Source: an uncultured delta proteobacterium
GTDB lineage: Bacteria; Desulfobacterota; Binatia; Binatales; Binataceae
Direction: 5' to 3'
NCBI GenBank assembly: GCA_963842085.1
Contig: CAWJET010000002.1
Span: 1,344,001-1,408,000 of the forward strand
DNA length: 64,000 bases
The position numbers were made by a program, and so were the translations under genes. Below, piece by piece: positions 10,601-21,316 of this stretch; position 1 is the first letter of the stretch; every line of letters begins with the position of its first letter. Below the pieces are notes generated by a model. The model did no database searches. It worked only from the letters and a program-made list of their open reading frames with translations, and had not been told where the DNA came from.

Positions 10601-11143
10601 CTAACCGGCCGTGACAAGAGCGCTCATGGTCCTACCGCTACGAGCAACCGAGTCCCGTCTGGCGCCGACGGCCGCCGCGCTTGTGCGCGTACAAGTTCCA
10701 GCTCTCGCGCCTGGCCGCCCCGTCGCGAGAGCACCGGCGCTTTGCGAAACCATCCAGTAGAGGCAAAGCCCCTCCGGCGGCACGCCGGTCTCGATGGTCT
10801 GGCCCTGGTACTTGGTCCCGGGCAAGGTCAGGGATATGCTGTATTCGCCGATCGCAATCGCTCCTATCAAGTAGCGTCCGTGGGCATCTGCATCCGCCTT
10901 GCCAACGACGTTGCCGGCTTGGTCTGTCACGCTGATGTGCGCCGAGGTTACAGGAAGGTTCTGAGTGTCGGTGACCGAGCCGGCGATTTCGGCCGACCGG
11001 GCCTGCGCTGCGAACATAATCACACCCAGCGCAATCGTAAGCACGCGTCCGCCATGCCTTTCCGTCTTGAAACGGCGGCTACGCCTCGATCTCCCATGAT
11101 CGTCAACTTCTATACAGCCTAAGCGAGGGATGTTACGCTTCAA
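10601..11143 (-). CDS. Secreted protein with carboxypeptidase regulatory-like domain
   Basis: Signal-like segment then IAGSVTDTQNLPV...ADAHGRY....GEYSI pattern; start uncertain. Confidence 0.65.
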   Translation of the reverse strand: MKRNIPRLGCIEVDDHGRSRRSRRFKTERHGGRVLTIALGVIMFAAQARSAEIAGSVTDTQNLPVTSAHISVTDQAGNVVGKADADAHGRYLIGAIAIGEYSISLTLPGTKYQGQTIETGVPPEGLCLYWMVSQSAGALATGRPGARAGTCTRTSAAAVGARRDSVARSGRTMSALVTAG

Positions 11144-11950
11144 CCAATCCCACCGCTTCAGTTCATTTTTACTGGGTCAGAGGCCTAATAATAGTGCAAA
11201 TTGAAGGTCAATGATACTTTCTCCGCAGAATTATTCAAAGTCTGCAGTTTTTCCTGTCAATCCGAAACGGTTTAAGTACAAAAGTTAGAGCGGCCGGAAC
11301 TTTTGGCACGGAGTCGGACAGTTGGGTCAACCCTGGCGAGGAATTGAAGCGAACTCGCTCTTCCAACGTCGGAGTTTGCCCAGCAATTTGCCGCAGTTGT
11401 TGAAATCCCCGGCTTCCGTTGAGGTTGCAACTTGGGCAGATAACGGACCACTGATGAAGCATTTTGAAATCGGCCCGGATCGCAAATCAGGCGAGAGCAT
11501 ACGTCGCCGGGCTCGCGCAAGTCAACGCTGGCGCTCGGTCTCGTAAGCCGCAGTGCCGGGGCGACGCACAGCGCGTGACCGCCACTTAACGTCCGAAACC
11601 GGACTCCGGAACCCAACGGACCTTAGGAAACCGGTAACAACGGCCAACCTCTCTCTCGAGAGTGAATACATCGCAATCGGGGCGAAGGAAACCGATGATC
11701 CTTCGCTGATCGCCTCGCGCGGCTGGCAAATGCCGTGGAGCCTCACTAGCTGCAGCCGCGATTTCTTCACGAGCTGGAGCGCCTTAGAGGCGAGGTGCGT
11801 CGGGAAGTTTGCACCAACCCCGGAGCGTGTCGCCGTATGAGACTGGACCGCGCCGTCCGTGACGATCAGGGCGGGAAGCCACGCTATACCGGGAAATAGA
11901 AGCGGCAATGTGGAGGGCCGCCGCGCTTTGCTGTTTCAGCTGGAGAGCTA

Positions 11951-12721
11951 CTATTTCGCGGCACTCACCGGGCTGCTACTGCTGCCGCTGCCAAACCCTC
12001 CAACTCCAGCCGCAATACCCACACCGGCGCCGGCCGCTACTCCAACTCCGGCAACTCCGAGCCCTACCGTACCCGCCGTGCCCAAGCCTCCCCCAGACGA
12101 TGTGCTCGCCTCGAAGAATCCGCAGCATGCGACCTTGATGTGATTACCGGCGGTGAGATCCTGGCACTCGCGTCTTTTGCACTGCTTCTCGTCATTGCAC
12201 ACATGCACCGTGCCTTCGCTGACATCAACGGTAGTGAACTGAATGCAATTCGCGTATACCGGTTCCGGCAAGTTGCTGTAAGTCATAAGCCACCCAGTTC
12301 CGCGAACGGCTCCGATGGCGTTGGGAGTATGCACTTCGAAGGTCGTCGTACTGCCCTTCATCGCGCCGAGAATCAGAGTGTGCAGGTCGCCGCCCAACAG
12401 TCCGACCTTGCTCGGTGCGCCGACACCGTTCACCAGGACGCTTTCGTCTATCGTCAACGTGGATGACGCGCCCAGTTGTAGCGAGCTGTTATCGACCAGA
12501 CCGATCGTCAGGGAAGCGTTCGCCTCTGTCACAATCTTGTCGTGCAGCATGATCGCCATGTTCTGCGCTGCTGCGATGGTCGCACCCCCGCGTTGGATGT
12601 TCGCCACTCCTTGAATTTGCGTGATCGTTCCAACCGGGTTTTGTGCGTCCGCGGATTGTACCGACGTCATAATAGTCAGCATTGCCAGTACAAACAGGGC
12701 TGCAATTCGCAGGAAATTCAT
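11951..12721 (-). CDS. Secreted FecR-domain protein with Cys-rich linker and Gly-rich hydrophobic C-tail
   Basis: Signal peptide, FEVHTPNAIGAVRGT, VDVSEGTV; paralog at 62306-62779. Confidence 0.8.
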   Translation of the reverse strand: MNFLRIAALFVLAMLTIMTSVQSADAQNPVGTITQIQGVANIQRGGATIAAAQNMAIMLHDKIVTEANASLTIGLVDNSSLQLGASSTLTIDESVLVNGVGAPSKVGLLGGDLHTLILGAMKGSTTTFEVHTPNAIGAVRGTGWLMTYSNLPEPVYANCIQFTTVDVSEGTVHVCNDEKQCKRRECQDLTAGNHIKVACCGFFEASTSSGGGLGTAGTVGLGVAGVGVAAGAGVGIAAGVGGFGSGSSSSPVSAAK

Positions 12722-13109
12722 ATCGTCTGTTTTCTTTCTTCGCTGCGGACGCGTCCTGCACTATGGCATATCACTAATCCTGATGAAAAGGCGTGCTTTT
12801 GAGAGCGTTTGATTAAGGACATGCCGAGGCTCGCGGCGACCACCTGCTTACGCTCGACGCCGAACAGTCCACGAACCCGATTACATTGTAAAGATGTGGC
12901 AGGCCTAAACTGGCAGTGATATCGTGATCACGTCTCGCTGCGCGGCCGACAGCTTCGGGAGTTGGCGGCTGCGTGCCGGCGGCAAATACTCTCGGTGCCG
13001 GCGCACAAATATGAATTCCGAGGTGCAGAACGAAATCCGGGTCAAAGCTTGCACCAGTGGATTCATCATCGTCGAAGTTCCGCTCACCTATTTCCGCGCG
13101 GCGCGGGCC

Positions 13110-13430
13110 GCGGGATTGGACATGCCGCAAGGCATTGCAATTGGATAGCAAAAACAACATTTATGTGGCGAACGTATTTGCGGCCAGTATCACCGTCTAC
13201 AGTGCCGGCAGCAATGTCAACGTCGCTCCCATCGCTGCTATCAGCGGCCCGAACACTCATCTGGCTTTCCCGTTCGGCATCGCGCTGGACTCCAGCGACA
13301 ACATCCGTCGCCGACTTCGGCCGTATTATTGTCTTCGCAGCCGGTAGCAACGGAAATGTTCCCCCGATGAGTGAATTCGGCGACCCCGAATGCCTCCTCG
13401 CTGAACCTGCCGGCCTGGCGATCGGTCCCG
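13110..13430 (+). pseudogene. NHL-repeat beta-propeller remnant
   Basis: Frame-broken repeats GLDMPQGIA / DSKNNIYVAN...ITVYSAGSN...PFGIALDS / PAGLAIGP; limits approximate. Confidence 0.65.
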
Positions 13431-13829
13431 AGGGAATTTGCGGCCGATGGCTGATGCCCTCGACGTCCCGCGCAATGATTCATCATCGCGCCTCCTGTCA
13501 GCAGTGTCACCTCGCTGTTCGCTCTAGATTGAAAGCGACCTGTGGCGATCGCTGCTTGCACCGCGTCGTGTTCGAGAATGGTGGCTCAACCGTTCCAATG
13601 GAATTGCAACAGCGACAAGCACCTTGAGGAAGTGTTACAAATATAAGCGCGTCGACAACGACGCGAGGAACAAGAAGAGGATGGCCATCGTTGAAACAGG
13701 TATCGTAGAGGCAACTCCGCGCCCGGATCTCGGCACAGGATCGGTCGGTCGGATCTGGCCCGAGCGGCGGCCGGCGACGGCCTTGAATCGCGATGCGATA
13801 CATCGAAGTGCCCGACGGGCGAACTGGGT

Positions 13830-14507
13830 ATGAAGCCGCTCGCGATCGCCCTCGCGATCGGGCTCGGCGGATGCGCTGTGGCGCCTGCACCGATCGCGCA
13901 TACGCCCAACGTCGTCACGACCCCAAAGCCTGGCCGTCTCGCCGTCAGCGTGCAGTCCGCGCCGGCAGTCGGCGAAGTCATCCCTGTCTATGTTTCAATC
14001 GCCAACGGCACCGACGATACGCCCACCGTCGTACCTAATCAGATCTTCGCGCTCAACGGGGTCGGCGAACGCGTCGCGCCTTTGCCGCCTGGCGCGGCCG
14101 CCCGCCAGGCCGGCAGTGCCAAGGAACTCGAAGGAGCGATGCAAAGCGCAACCATCAGCGGCGTCGGGGGCGCCGCCGTTGGCGCCGCTGCCGGAGCCGT
14201 CGCCGGTGCTGGCGGTAACTCAGGTGGTGGATGGGGATTTAATTCCCCTGGCCAGGGCGCATTGGTCGGTACCGGATTCGGCGGTGCATGGGGCGTTTTC
14301 AGCGGTGCCGAAAAAGGCCAGTCGAAAGCCGACCAGCAGGCCGATCAGCAGATCGAAGCGCTCTCACTCAAGCCCGAAGAAGTTCGTCGCGACTTCACCG
14401 TCAACGGGTACGTCTTCTTCCCCAAGGGTGACTACAACCAGCTCGAGATGGTGCTGGTTGATCGCGAAACCGGTGGCACCCAGATTCTCCGCGAACCTTG
14501 GCATTGA
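13830..14507 (+). CDS. Hypothetical lipoprotein with glycine-zipper segment
   Basis: LGGC lipobox, GAAVGAAAGAVAG; 3' end duplicated at 26804-26958. Confidence 0.8.
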   Translation: MKPLAIALAIGLGGCAVAPAPIAHTPNVVTTPKPGRLAVSVQSAPAVGEVIPVYVSIANGTDDTPTVVPNQIFALNGVGERVAPLPPGAAARQAGSAKELEGAMQSATISGVGGAAVGAAAGAVAGAGGNSGGGWGFNSPGQGALVGTGFGGAWGVFSGAEKGQSKADQQADQQIEALSLKPEEVRRDFTVNGYVFFPKGDYNQLEMVLVDRETGGTQILREPWH

Positions 14508-14679
14508 CCGTCGGTTCGCGTGTGAATCGGTTACTTGATGAAGATCGAAATGCCGGCGCTGCTTGCCTGGTGAGCGTGCGTGCGAATGCGCTCCCCACCC
14601 GTCTCAATCATCTATGCGCGCACGCTCGCTCGATGCCGGTCTGCAAAGGCCGACGGAGTTGATTGAGGGCCTGCATCAT

Positions 14680-15957
14680 TCATCTGGGTTGATTCTCCGT
14701 GGCTGCGGTGATGCTCCGTCGCGAGAGGACCGGACGTAGTCGCGCGATCTCTTCCTCGAGCGGAATACACGCGTATATCGCAAGCGCCGCTCCCAACCAC
14801 ATCGCCGCGAATACGCAGAATGCAGTGGCGTAGCTGCCGCTCACATCGAAGATCCGTCCGGCCGCGACAGGACCGATTGCGGCGCCGATAGTGGCGAGGA
14901 TTCCTGCCGCGCCCTGCACCGATCCCAGACGCTTCAGCCCCAGTGACTGGATGAACACCAGCGGCAGCAGCACCAGCGGCGTGCCCGCTGCGATCCCCAC
15001 CAGCACGATGAATCCCGCCAACATCAATCCGCTCCGCGCCGCGAGCAGCAGCGTCGTGCCGACTGCCGCTCCGACGAAGACGAGCGAGAGCACGACCCGA
15101 GGACTGAGCCGATCCGCGGAGGGACCCAGCGAAAGCTTCCCCACGGTCGACATCAGATAGATCATGCTGAGACTGCTGGCGGAAATGCTGGCCGTGTACC
15201 CTGTTCCAATCAGATAGACGACCAGATGAACCAGAATCCCGCCGATTGCGCAGGCATAGAAGAACTCGGCAATCGCGATCAGCCAAAATGAACGCGTCCG
15301 AAACGCCTCGGTCAATTCAACGCCGGGCACAACGATTGGCCCGGGACGGGTGCGAGTCAGCTCCGGTGAGTCGCTGTCCCGCAAGGGACGACTCCTACCA
15401 CGAACAGCACCAGCGGGGCCACGATCACCAGCATCGGCAGTGCCATCGCGACATAGCCGGCCCGCCAACCTCCGAAGGCGATCGCCTTGTTTGCCACCAC
15501 GATTATCACTGCGCCGCCCAGTGAAGTGCCCGCGAACGTGAGACCCATCGCGAGTCCTCGTCGTTCCTCGAACCAGCTTGCGATCACCAACGATGCCGGG
15601 ATCAACGTCGCCGCGGTGACGCCGATTGCGACCATCAGATCGGCGGCAAGCAGGGGATAGTACGAATCGCAGCGGTTGGCGGCGATGAAACCAACTCCGA
15701 CGGTGATCGCACCGACCAGCATCACTCGGCGCGCGTCGATCCGATCGACGAGGCAGCCGACAAGCGGGCCGCACGCGCCCGCCATCAGCGCGCCCGCGGA
15801 CGCGAGCGTCGAAAACTCTGGCACGGGTCCAGCAGAAGTACTTGAGCAGCGGCGGAAGGAATACCGGTCCCGTGTTCACGCCGCCGCCCCACACCAGGAA
15901 CAGCGTGACGAACACACTCGCCGCAATAATCCAGGCCTGACGCTCCCGCGGGCTCAT
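14680..15957 (-). pseudogene. MFS transporter copy 1, with two compensating frameshifts
   Basis: Near-identical to 32033-33271; extra A in 15812-15815 and 1-bp loss near 15395 scramble the intervening ~140 codons. Confidence 0.85.
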
Positions 15958-16745
15958 CGTTTCCTCGCTGTTTCCGCCCACTCCTTCTACTCCCCCTGAT
16001 GTGCGTACGAGGCGACGGGCCCTTGCGCGCCGCGCTGCGCGACTTCTTTGACCTCGCTTGCACTATTGGCGATCGCGATAAATCGCGCTACCAGAATCTC
16101 GCGTCCCGCGGCAGAGGAAGCCGTAGACATACTCATGGCCGATCTCCGACGTAGGGACTACACTCAAACGCGAGTTGTATTGATCGGGCCTGGAGGCGAA
16201 TGGCTATTCGACCGATGCATCCGCGAGAACGCAACTTACGTTTTCAACCTTAATCCGCGGCGGCGAGCTGCGCACAAGTGGCCTGCTCTGCACTGACGTT
16301 CGGATGAGAACGCACGCGCCCGATTTCACTGAGACATTCGCCTTCCCTAGAGAGACAGGATCCGGAAAAACAGGATCGCCAGCCTGACGACGATTGCCGC
16401 GTGTGTTCAATCGGCAATTTGATGGCGCAGCGCGATCATTTCCCAGAGCCAATGCGGTGTGGCTCCAGGGAAACCACCAATGATCCGTGCGGATTAAGTT
16501 TTGATGAGGGACAGCCGTGCCGGTTGGTGAAGACCGCCGCGCGGACTGGTCTCCGGTTCTGCCGGCGGGCGGGAATTGACTTCGACGGAGATTGCCGGTG
16601 TAGAGCAATTTCCGTCGAACAACAGGGGGAGCTCCTGCACGCTCCAGAACTGCGACCTCCACCAAACAGGCACAAACCCACGGTGCGCTTCGCGGAAATA
16701 AGCGAAAACCCCGGCCGAGTGTGGGCGCCCGGCTCACTGCCGACG

Positions 16746-16778
16746 AAAAAGCGGCTCTCCTCACGGGGAGCAGGCTTT
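16746..16778 (-). terminator. Probable intrinsic terminator downstream of S53 peptidase
   Basis: aaaaagcggctctcc-tca-cggggagcaggcttt imperfect hairpin with T-run on minus strand. Confidence 0.5.
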
Positions 16779-16817
16779 CGTTTTGACTTTTTTACTGAGC
16801 GCGAGCGCTCGCGCTCG

Positions 16818-18626
16818 CTACGGTCCCACGTACGCCGGGACGAACAGGTTCATATCGATGGTGCCCCAACCGCTGGCTTTGTCATAGCCGGGGCCCGCGG
16901 AAAATCCGGTGACTCCTTTGAAAGCGTTGTTACCCGACGTCACGTCGCGAATTCCGGTCGTTGCTCCGTCGGCCTCCGCGCCGAGTTGGTAGATTCGGCT
17001 ATTGAGATTGCCGACCGGATCGCCCATTTCCTGCGAGATCAGCCGGCTGATGCCCGCCCATGCCGGAGCGCCGATACTGGTGCCCCCAATGCAGCATTCG
17101 ACGGCAGGCACGTTGCTAGGGTCGCGGCCGCCAAAGAAAAAACCGGGCGATGCGGGACTGGCGCCTAACGAGATGTCGGGAACGTCGCGCTTTTTATCCT
17201 TGGGAATGAGCCCCTTCTGAAAGGCGGGCTTCTTGAAGACCTTGCTCTGGCCACCGCCGGAGGCGCCGTCGCCGTCATTCCACACGGATTCTGAAACGAA
17301 GCCGACGTTGTCGCCGCCCGAGTAATCAGGCGTGAACTCGGTGCCGCCAATCGCGGTCACGTTTGGCGACGCCGCCAATTCGTTGACGTTGGCCGTCGTG
17401 CCGGTTATGCAGCTGTCCGTCTTTTTCTCCAGTTGGAGTCCCGCCGCGCCGGCGTCGCCGGTCGCGACGAACACGGACTGACCTTGCGAAGCCGCCTGCT
17501 CAAAGAAACTGTTCTGGGTTTCGTAGAAGCCCTTCGAGCCGCCGCAGAATCCGAAGCTGATGCCAATCGCGGTGCACGGGCTGTTCTTTTCCATCACCGC
17601 TGCATGGATTGCATCGAGGACAGCCGAGGAAGTGGCGTTCGGATCCCCGAGATAGATGCGGATGCTCGAACCGGGCGCGACGGCATGCGAATAGTTCACG
17701 TCCACCATCGTCTCGGCTTCGTCCCCATTCTCGTGCGGGTCGGTGCCATCAACCAGCACGATACTGAAGTTCGTCGAGGTCAGCGCGGGCAGCGCGAACT
17801 GCGCATTGAAAGCGTCCGCGGCATCCTGGTCGATGTTCGAGTCCTCAACCACCGCGATGCATCCGGCGCCGCTGCCGTCGATAGGGGTAACCGCGTTCAG
17901 CAGCGGCGTTTCGTCGTAGAAAGTATAAATGTCGGGGGGGCCGAATGCCGGGCCCGTGCTGCCGACGACCGAGGCGGGCGAACTCGCGCTCGAACCGCGC
18001 TGCGACACGCGATGCACCATGGCCTTGCTGTGCAGCAGGTTGTCGAGGCCGCGGACCGATTCGATCAGCGGTGCGAGGGCGGCAGGTACGGCAGGGTCAG
18101 TGGTATTGGAATACAGACGGCCGTCGGCCGTCGCCGCAGTTTTCACGGCGAAAACCTTTTCCGCCTGCGCCACCGTGCCAGCGAAAGAGACCTCTCGGGT
18201 CGAGGCGTCGGCAGACTTGACGGTGAAGCCTTTGTTCTTAAGCCATCGCGCAACTCGTGCTAGGCCGGCGTGCGTGGGTCCGAAACGACTGGTGAACTCG
18301 GCCGGCGTCAGCCATCGATGGTATTGCGGTGACGCGGGATCCTGCTGAGCGGCAAGCAGGCGCGTCAGCTCGTCGCGGTTGCGCAGCGCCATCGTGAAAA
18401 CCATCGCGAGCGGCTGCGAAGGTGATGCGGCGGCCTCGCCCACAACTCCTGCGGCTTCATCTGGGTGGTTGCCCACGAGGATCGTGGCCGCATCGCCGGC
18501 CGCGGCGGGCCGCGCGGCCGCGACGATCAAAGCGAGTCCCGTCATTAGGATAAACTGGTGGAACGTCCCCAACCTGCCCATCAAACCTCCTTCATTATAT
18601 ACGGAATTGAACCCAGATAGATTCAA
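16818..18626 (-). CDS. S53 family (sedolisin/kumamolisin-like) secreted serine peptidase with Pro-kuma prodomain
   Basis: ETMVD (catalytic E,D), ATGDAG oxyanion Asp, GGTSIGAP catalytic Ser, DVTSGNN...GYDKASGWG Ca site; start probably a downstream ATG. Confidence 0.92.
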   Translation of the reverse strand: MNLSGFNSVYNEGGLMGRLGTFHQFILMTGLALIVAAARPAAAGDAATILVGNHPDEAAGVVGEAAASPSQPLAMVFTMALRNRDELTRLLAAQQDPASPQYHRWLTPAEFTSRFGPTHAGLARVARWLKNKGFTVKSADASTREVSFAGTVAQAEKVFAVKTAATADGRLYSNTTDPAVPAALAPLIESVRGLDNLLHSKAMVHRVSQRGSSASSPASVVGSTGPAFGPPDIYTFYDETPLLNAVTPIDGSGAGCIAVVEDSNIDQDAADAFNAQFALPALTSTNFSIVLVDGTDPHENGDEAETMVDVNYSHAVAPGSSIRIYLGDPNATSSAVLDAIHAAVMEKNSPCTAIGISFGFCGGSKGFYETQNSFFEQAASQGQSVFVATGDAGAAGLQLEKKTDSCITGTTANVNELAASPNVTAIGGTEFTPDYSGGDNVGFVSESVWNDGDGASGGGQSKVFKKPAFQKGLIPKDKKRDVPDISLGASPASPGFFFGGRDPSNVPAVECCIGGTSIGAPAWAGISRLISQEMGDPVGNLNSRIYQLGAEADGATTGIRDVTSGNNAFKGVTGFSAGPGYDKASGWGTIDMNLFVPAYVGP

Positions 18627-18835
18627 CCGCCAGAAAAGAGCTGAGAATGTGGCAGAATTTCATAAGTCTCGAGAATCGACGAGAAAGCCTTGATCCGAGG
18701 CATACAAAGTGTTTCTGCCGCGTCCGGATCGGCGGCCTGCTGCTCAATCCGATCTCTATTTGCGACTGGATCGTAGATAGTGCCCTGATCGGTCCAAATC
18801 TCGCCACTGCCGCCATTAAGAACATAATCGTGATT

Positions 18836-18905
18836 TTAGCTGTATTCGCCGCCGATTATGACCAATCGACCGTCAGGCAACACGGCCGAGGTAAAGCGGG
18901 GACCT
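18836..18905 (-). pseudogene. Kelch/galactose-oxidase-like repeat remnant
   Basis: PRFTSAVLPDGRLVIIGGEYS isolated in otherwise non-coding-looking DNA. Confidence 0.5.
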
Positions 18906-19529
18906 GTCCTCAAACGGAAACAGGCCCGGAATTCCGGGCCTGCTCCTACCCCCTCGGACCTGCTCGCGATGGCGTCCCCCTCCCAGCATCGCAACCCAGA
19001 AGAAACTGGCTCAGCGTGGCGCGACGCGGCTCTTCCCCCCACCCCCAGACTCGCGGCAAATTCCGCCAGGCTGTGAAGCATCTTCGAGACAACGATCACT
19101 ATCGCGATCGTCGTCCCAACAACCGAACCCCGATTTAGGCATCAATCCTCGACTGGTTCACATCGAACCGCTCCCAGCGTCTTGCCTTGCCCTCCTGCCC
19201 AGTCGTTTTACGCAAGACCTGGGCCATGCGACGGGCAGGATCGGAAATATCACAGCGTTTACGGGGACCGTCCAACTGTCATTGATTTTTTCCTTTAATT
19301 CAGTCGACGATTCTCTTGTCGTTCACTCCGCTGGCCCGAATCCTCGTGTTTGAATCTTACATTTTGTAGCGCTACCCGCAAAATCATGGTTGCACTGATG
19401 CACCTCGTTTCCGACGATTTGATCTGAGCGGGCTCCCGCAACGGTGATTCCCCTTGATCTGCCGATGACGGCGGCATCAGAGATTCGCTGCGCGCGATGC
19501 TCCAATAGCGCAAAGTCCCGGTCAAAGAT

Positions 19530-19883
19530 TTGACGCGCGCATGGCTCTCGCTTCACCGCGGGCCGTAATCGTTTTTTTTTGCCGGCAAATCCTTCAGCGC
19601 CCGAATATCGAGCGCCTGGTCGGCCACGATCGACTTCAGCCCCGGGTTCTCCTCTTCCAGTTGCTGCACCCCCCGCATCTCGGAGACCTCCAGCTCGCCG
19701 TTTACTTGTTCCGCCAAGCGTAAAAGGCCGCGTCCGAGATCCCGTGCCGCCTGCACAACTCGCCGACCTTCGCCCCGCCTCGGCCACCCCAATGATCTGT
19801 TCCTCGCTAAACCCTCCTCGTTTCATGCCTGCCTTTCCGGCAGATACTAACTCATCGCTGGGTTCTTGCGGGGGTAAGGCCCA
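19530..19883 (-). mobile_element. Degenerate IS3-family (IS407-like) relic: left end plus broken orfA
   Basis: MKRGGFSEEQIIG...QLEEENPGLKSIVADQALDIRALKD in shifting frames; TGGGCCTTACCCCCGC left-end-like sequence starting at 19883; A-run at orfA end; no orfB. Confidence 0.8.
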
Positions 19884-20635
19884 GTGCGGCGGGCACCGTT
19901 CGATTTGGCGAACATGGACGCTCGCGCGGCAATTTAGTAATCGAGGATTGCTGGCTGGTCTTTGCCCCCCATTTACCCAGTCGGCAACGGGCTGGCGAAT
20001 GGACTCTTCGCCGGCCCGTTCTTTTTAGTTTCTCCTTGAAGCGAGGACAAGGCTGAAGGGACGCTATTCGTTGCGTCTGTCGCAACTCTCCAGACCTCGA
20101 GCGGGCTCGCACTCGATGAAATTTCGCAGGGCAACGCGCCTTCCACCACGCACTGCGCGACTCTCAATGATTCGGTTCTTATCGCGATGCCGCGCTCGTT
20201 TTCTGACTAGATTCGGCTCACAGTCAGTTGCTTACTGGTGCAACTTGAAAGTTAGAAGTCCTTGGCGAGGTGGGCGAGATTATTGGCGACAGTGTGTGGC
20301 AGCATTGCCACAAAGAAATTGACCCTGAGAAACGACGCATCGAAGATTTAGAAGCGGTTGACCAGAAGAAAATGACGTTCAACTTCCAAATCGGAGATTT
20401 GAGGGGTTATTGAGGCTCTCGATTAGATTCGCAGCATCATACGTCGACTAAGCATTTTGCTCCTCTTCATGCCATGACTCGAGCATAAACTCAGAGAGGT
20501 GGCACGGCAATTGGATGATTTGCTTGACCGAGCTTTACCCGGCTTCGTTCAGGCAACTTAATGGGCTTCGTCCAGGCAACTTAATAATTGATACGCGTTG
20601 AAACCGGCTGCCCAGGATTTGGTCAGGTGACGGCG

Positions 20636-21124
20636 ATGAGCGACCAAGAAAAAGAAAAGGAAAAGGAACAAGACGAAGAGCTCAGTTTGTTGAATCCTAC
20701 GGTCAGGATTTTCCTGGTCGAAGATAATCCGGACCACGGCTTTATCACGCTCACCGTAGTAAGGCAGGTGCTGGGCGACGATATCGAATTGGTGCACGCG
20801 GAGAATGCCGACGAGGCATTGCTCATGATCCCGCAGTTCACCGAGTATGATCATCCAGATCTGTTTTTGCTAGATTTGCGGCTGCCCGACAATGGAGGGT
20901 TCTCTGTATTGCAGGCGGCCCGCGCGAACGAGGTGCTAACAGCGGTGCCAATGTTCGTGATTACCAGTTCACTCTACGACCGTGACATTGCGGAAAGCTA
21001 CCAACTGGGCGCGTCTGCCGTTTTGTGCAAGCCGCTCTCTCGCGCCAAGCTGCGAGACGAGCTTGTGCGCGTAGGCGCACTGCCCCTCTCGCAGCGGCCC
21101 GCAGATCCCGCATATCGCAATTAG
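20636..21124 (+). CDS. Single-domain response regulator (Rcp1/CheY-like)
   Basis: FLVEDNPD, FLLDLRLP (phospho-Asp), ITSS, SYQLGA, LCKPL. Confidence 0.88.
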   Translation: MSDQEKEKEKEQDEELSLLNPTVRIFLVEDNPDHGFITLTVVRQVLGDDIELVHAENADEALLMIPQFTEYDHPDLFLLDLRLPDNGGFSVLQAARANEVLTAVPMFVITSSLYDRDIAESYQLGASAVLCKPLSRAKLRDELVRVGALPLSQRPADPAYRN

Positions 21125-21316
21125 AGCGGGCTGGATCGCATTCGCGTACGGTCTGTAAGTCGCCAATTCACGTCCTGTCCGTACCGTTGAGCCACCATAG
21201 AGCGTAGCCGGGAACCTCGGGCGCACGACCGCCTTTTTTCACATCAAATACAGCCCACAAGCGTGAGCAAGCTGCGTGGCGGCGTTTCATCGACTTGTCG
21301 ATTCCAAAAAAGGTCT

